Below, piece by piece: positions 59,201-64,000 of a stretch of 64,000 nt of DNA (within the stretch, counting starts at the first letter, position 1; each line of letters opens with the position of its first letter). The DNA is from the human T2T-CHM13v2.0 reference genome, Homo sapiens, in assembly GCF_009914755.1 (NCBI RefSeq), contig NC_060926.1; one strand, written 5' to 3'. The position numbers and the translations under genes were made by a program. Below the pieces are notes generated by a model that worked only from the letters and a program-made list of their open reading frames with translations, was not told where the DNA came from and did not search any database.

Positions 59201-61259
59201 GAACATCAAACAATGTCAAGTTGTTCATTGCATGTATTTCAGAACATTGCCGAGATAAAGCCAGGTGGAGTCATTAATTTCACCAGCTGGTTATTTCCTT
59301 GCTGCAGTGCCAAAGATTGTCATTTTTGAATTAAAGCCTCTGGTTTTTCTAACTCATCTTTCATTGTTGATCATGGCAAGTGAATAATTAATGAATGTAT
59401 ATGTTTAGGTTGTGAGAAATTTAAAACACACCCTAAGAGTTGTAATGTTGATTGCTTTTAAATGTTGTAGTGGTTTTGAGAGTGTCTGCTAATGATTCCT
59501 TAATTACATACTTGCTTTTCTTAGAAAATCAACTCATTTCATTGGGATTAATTTTCTCTTAAATATTTAAGTTCATATTTTAATAAATCACTATGCCTGG
59601 GATTCCATTATATATTTGAAAAGATCAAGTTTAATTTTTTTACCCAGGTAACATACACAATGGCTCAAGATTTGTGTTCTTTGATCTCACAATTTAAAAA
59701 AATATGCATTAAGCACCATGGAAATCCCAGCAACTTCAGCAAGAAAGAGTCTTTGTTCCATAGTTTCTTATGCTTGATAAATATGTGGACTAAAATAAAT
59801 GGAATATCTTAATTCAGTTTTTGCTTCATGAGACTGGTTGAGTGAACATAGGCCTAGTGCTTTGACAATTGGCCTATTGTAGAAGATTGATATTCTAGTA
59901 GCCTAAATAGAATCCATTTCTTATAAGAACATATATATTTTGGAAAATGTGGTATTTCTCAGAAAACTGCTGAAATGAATTATGTATCTTTTCTGTCTTT
60001 ACTTCTATTATTTTCAAAGATCTAAAGCTTTCACTTGAAAATTAGTCTTTTGGAAAAAAAGACATTGAAACTAGTGTTAAATTATATTTCATTGAGGTAA
60101 TGAATATGAAGATTCATTTGCTGTAATCTCCTTGGGATCTTCTAAAGTAGTTTCTTGTGCTTTTAAAAATAACACTATAATGGTCTATATGTGTATCAGT
60201 TTTTACAGTAATTTGTTTAAACTTTAGCTTATACCAGTGTGCATGAAGAACCAAGTGCAGTCTGAATTAGCACAATGCAAATAGAAAACCGACCTTTTAT
60301 TTTCCTCACAAAATAATATCTAATATAAACCTTATGTAAAATAAAGAATTTTTAAGTGCTTGTAAATTAATAACAAAATCATACATAATGTCAGTGGAAG
60401 AGAAAAGTTAAGGGTTTTATATCGCAGTAAAATGCATTTCTAAATTGACGTAGTATTGTTATAAAACATATTCTTGAATATTGTATCAGAATTTATCATC
60501 ACTATTGAAGTCAAAATAAAGATGGATCTCTAAAGTATACAATTTATTTGGGAATCACAGAATTGTAGTTCTGAACAAAACTGAAAACCACAGTGGTCTT
60601 CTATATGTGTGAAGGACAAAGAGAAGATTGGGGGTTTACTAGCGAGGGAAATGCTACATATTGTTTTGAAAGAAAGCTCACGGACACTAGAGAAGATTTT
60701 GGGAGCTGGTCAAACAAGCCTAATGGGAGACAAATCTTTTGAGACTTCCCAGGAGCCCAACTAGAAAATCCCTTAGTCAATTTTAGGTGAAAAAGGCTTA
60801 AATTTGAATTTGATTCTGGGGAAGTTTGTCATTTGTTTGGATTCAAAAAGCCTAAAAATATTTAATTAAAGTAGAATTACATATCCTTGAGAGATAATGG
60901 TCACTTATTTAATCAGAGTAATAATGGAAAGACTTCAAAAACAAATTCAAAAGTTACATAGTCAAGAGAAAAAAAATACTTAGACCTGTATTAGAGATGT
61001 CTTAGTTTTTTCAGGTGGTCAAAACCCGAATAAAGACAGCCCAAACCACAAGAAGCTATCTTAAAACATAAAATATCTGCTTGTTAGGTAGAATACTTAG
61101 AGAGAGAGAAAAAAGCCTTTTGTAATATGACCATTGCTCTTGGTATATGCCCTTTTGCATAAACTGGAAATTAAACCCCATGAAAAACTACTTTAATTCA
61201 ATTAGACGCTGGAAGAGTGTGTGTCTAAGGTTATAAGTAAACCATATTATAGAATAATA

Positions 61260-61261
<2 letters not shown>

Positions 61262-61293
<32 letters not shown>
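61262..61293. repeat. (CA)n microsatellite
   Basis: Directly visible. Confidence 0.95.
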
Positions 61294-61295
<2 letters not shown>

Positions 61296-61719
61296 AGTAC
61301 CTCCACCAGGGGAAATGGATGGCTTTTAGAAAAAGTAAGGGCATGTGAAATTTCCTGGTTACATAGAACAATTGGGATACAACAGGAAAAGCCAAGAGTA
61401 CAGAATTAATCTATACTGGAAAAACATTGTTTTTTCCAGTTTTTTTGAGACAAACATTCTCAGTGTCAGGTTATAATACCTGAGTGCAAAGTGGGGAAAA
61501 ATGCAATAGGAACTGACAAAAAAAAAAAAAAATTGAGACAGTCACCACTTTAGTTAAGCAAAAAGATGTACTGTTTTAAGGAGAGACGTAAGAAGAGCAG
61601 AAGGCATTGATGTATTAACTGCAAATTACATGTAGTGAGATGCATAAAAAGCCAAACCTTTGAGATTAAATCTGAAAACCTTTAAGAGGAAAACTCTACC
61701 TCCTGAAATGAAGCGATCA

Positions 61720-62490
61720 CTTATTTTTCCTTATTGCTGCTTCTAAAAAGAGGATACGTGTACAGAATGTGCAGGTTTGTTGTATAGGTATACGTGTGCC
61801 ATGGTGGTTTGCTGCACCTATTGACCCATCCTCTTAAGTTCCCTCTCCTCACCCCATCCCCCAACAGACCATGGTGTATGTTGTTCACCTCGCTGTGTCC
61901 ATGTGTTCTCAAGGTTCAACTCCCACTGAATGAGAACATGCAGTGTCTGGTTTTCTGTTCTTGTGTTAGTTTGCCAAGGATGATGGCTTCCAGTTTCATC
62001 CATGTCCCTGCAAAGGACATGCTCTCATGTCCTGCGTAGTATTCCATAGTGTATATGTAACATATTTTCTTTATCCAGTCTATCATTGATGGGCATTTGG
62101 GTTGGTTCCAGTCTTTGCTATTGTACTGCAATAAGTAGAATGATTTATATTCCTTTGGGTATATACCCAGTAATGGGATTGCAGGGTCAAATTGTATTTC
62201 TGGTTTTAGATACTTGGGGAATCACCATGCTGTCTTCCACAATGATTAAACTAATGTATATCCTCACCAACAGTGTAAAAGCATTCCTATTTCTCCACAG
62301 CCTCGCCAGCATCTGTTGTATCCTGACTCTTCTAAATAATCACCATTCTGACTGGCATGAGATGGTCTCTCATTGTGGTTTTGATTTGCATTTCTCTGAT
62401 GATCAGTGATGTTGAGCTTGCTTTCATATATTTGTTGGCCAACTTCTTTTGAGAAGTGTCTGTTCATATCCTTTGCCCACTTTTTAATGA
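61720..62490 (-). mobile_element. L1PA 3' fragment with internal deletions
   Basis: Minus ORFs WNQPKCPSMIDWIKK...MSFAGTWMKLEAIIL and [15 protein letters not shown]. Confidence 0.9.
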
Positions 62491-62789
62491 TATTGCTCAT
62501 ATTAACTTTGAAATGACTGAAAATTCAAAATAAAGACAAGAAAGATAAAATTATATTTTTTAAGTTATAGGTATGAAGTATTTTTGAAAGGAAAGAAATC
62601 TCTAGATTATATATATATGTATGCATATATATTTATATGTGTGTATATATAATATATATATTGCTTTCAACAAAAAAATTATTAGAGTCAAAATAGTACC
62701 ATCTCCAGATGTTTTTATTTAGCTTGGTATCTAAAATCACTTAGGTGACCCATTCCCATATTTGGAGAATTTTTAAAATTTGTTGTCTA

Positions 62790-62992
62790 CATCTGTGATA
62801 TTCAGTATAGTAGCCACTAGCTACTTAACTTTTAATCAGTTATAATTAAATGAAATTTAAAATTCAGTTCTTCCAACATACTAGCTACATTTCAAGTGCT
62901 CAATAGACGCACTTGGCTAGTGGCTACTTTATTGGACAGGGCAGGTACAGAACATTTCCATTATCACAGAATATTTAACCAGACAGTATTGA
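62790..62992 (-). mobile_element. MER3-like hAT-Charlie element
   Basis: tagccactag...catttcaagtgctcaatag...ggctagtggctac...gaacatttccattatcacagaa. Confidence 0.65.
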
Positions 62993-63001
62993 TCTAAATG
63001 G

Positions 63002-63272
63002 TTTTTTTTTTCTTTTTTTAACTGGAGTGCAGTGGTGCAATCTCAGCTCACTGAAACCTCTGCCTCCCAAGTTCAAGCAATTTTCTACCTCAGCCTCTGA
63101 AGTAGCTGGGATTATAGGCGCCCACCACCACACCCAGCTAATTTTTAAATTTTTAATAGAGACAGGATTTCACCATCTTGGCCGGGCTGTTCTTGAACTC
63201 CTGACCTCATGATCCACCAGCCTTGGCCTCCCAAAGTGCTGGGATTACAGGCATGAGCCATTGCACCAGGCC
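63002..63272 (-). mobile_element. Alu
   Basis: Alu consensus in reverse. Confidence 0.85.
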
Positions 63273-64000
63273 AAGTATCTTGTAGAGAAAATTTATATTA
63301 TGATTCAGATTTCCATGTTGCCCATCTTTTTTATTAATCTTATAGACACTTATTGGAGTGCTTATTATGTCTTAAGTGCATGAGAAGTGCAAAGAGTGTA
63401 AAGACAAAAAAGATGTAGCCAAATCAAGGGGTGGAGACAGACATTTAAAACATAATTGCAACCCAACATGAATTCTCCAGGGAGAGGAGAGCAAAGGACA
63501 ATGAAGGCAGAAAGAATCACGCTTGCAAATCCATGAACGGTGTGGTGTGTTTGGGAAACTCTGGGTAATTTATTTAGCCCTAGACAAGTAAAAATAAGGA
63601 CTAGAAAGGTATGCTGAGGCCAGATCTTGAAAGATTTCAAATAACTGCAGTCAGGTTACACTCCATTGAATGAAAACCCAGTTGAAACTGGTTTAAAACA
63701 CAAAGGTGGTGTATTGATGTACAATGGAAAAAATCCAGTACTAGAGTGGTGAGCAGCTGTGATTCAACTAGAACTCTGGCTGCCTTGGTTTTTGAATCTC
63801 TCAACTCTGCCACTTTGTTCTGGTTTTATCTTCATGATGAATAAGATGTTTGCTGTAGCTTCAAGCTTTGCACACATAATATGGCAATCTTTGGATGAAG
63901 AGAGGCTGGCCCTGTTCAAGATTTTCTCCCAAGATTGATGAAACTTGTTTTCTAAAAACCCTCAGCAAATTTCCCTCCCATCGCATCAGCTTAGTTAAGG

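Overview
Human (hominoid) genomic DNA from a segmental-duplication mosaic, most consistent with the 3' end of POTEE (chr2q21) and its downstream flank. The only intact coding sequence is the last two POTE exons (7686-7806 and 9315-10643). The last exon is fused in frame to a complete ACTB retrocopy (ATG 9516, TAG 10641-10643). The upstream intron holds a TSD-flanked NOP58 retro-fragment. Downstream, in order: the stranded remainder of the ANKRD26-like POTE exon; a scrambled old L1; an 8.3 kb compound tandem array (16481-24746) of 13 units built from ~94 bp inverted repeats, with internal inversions, higher-order structure and a near-perfect 2525 bp duplication; duplicated MaLR (MST/THE1) sequence; a 14/15-mer minisatellite; a three-exon CYP4F pseudogene fragment; and a five-exon FAR2 pseudogene fragment with an intronic full-length KLF2 processed pseudogene split by a trimeric Alu. 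Gene and repeat identities come from recognition of known sequences, not database searches, and repeat boundaries are approximate.
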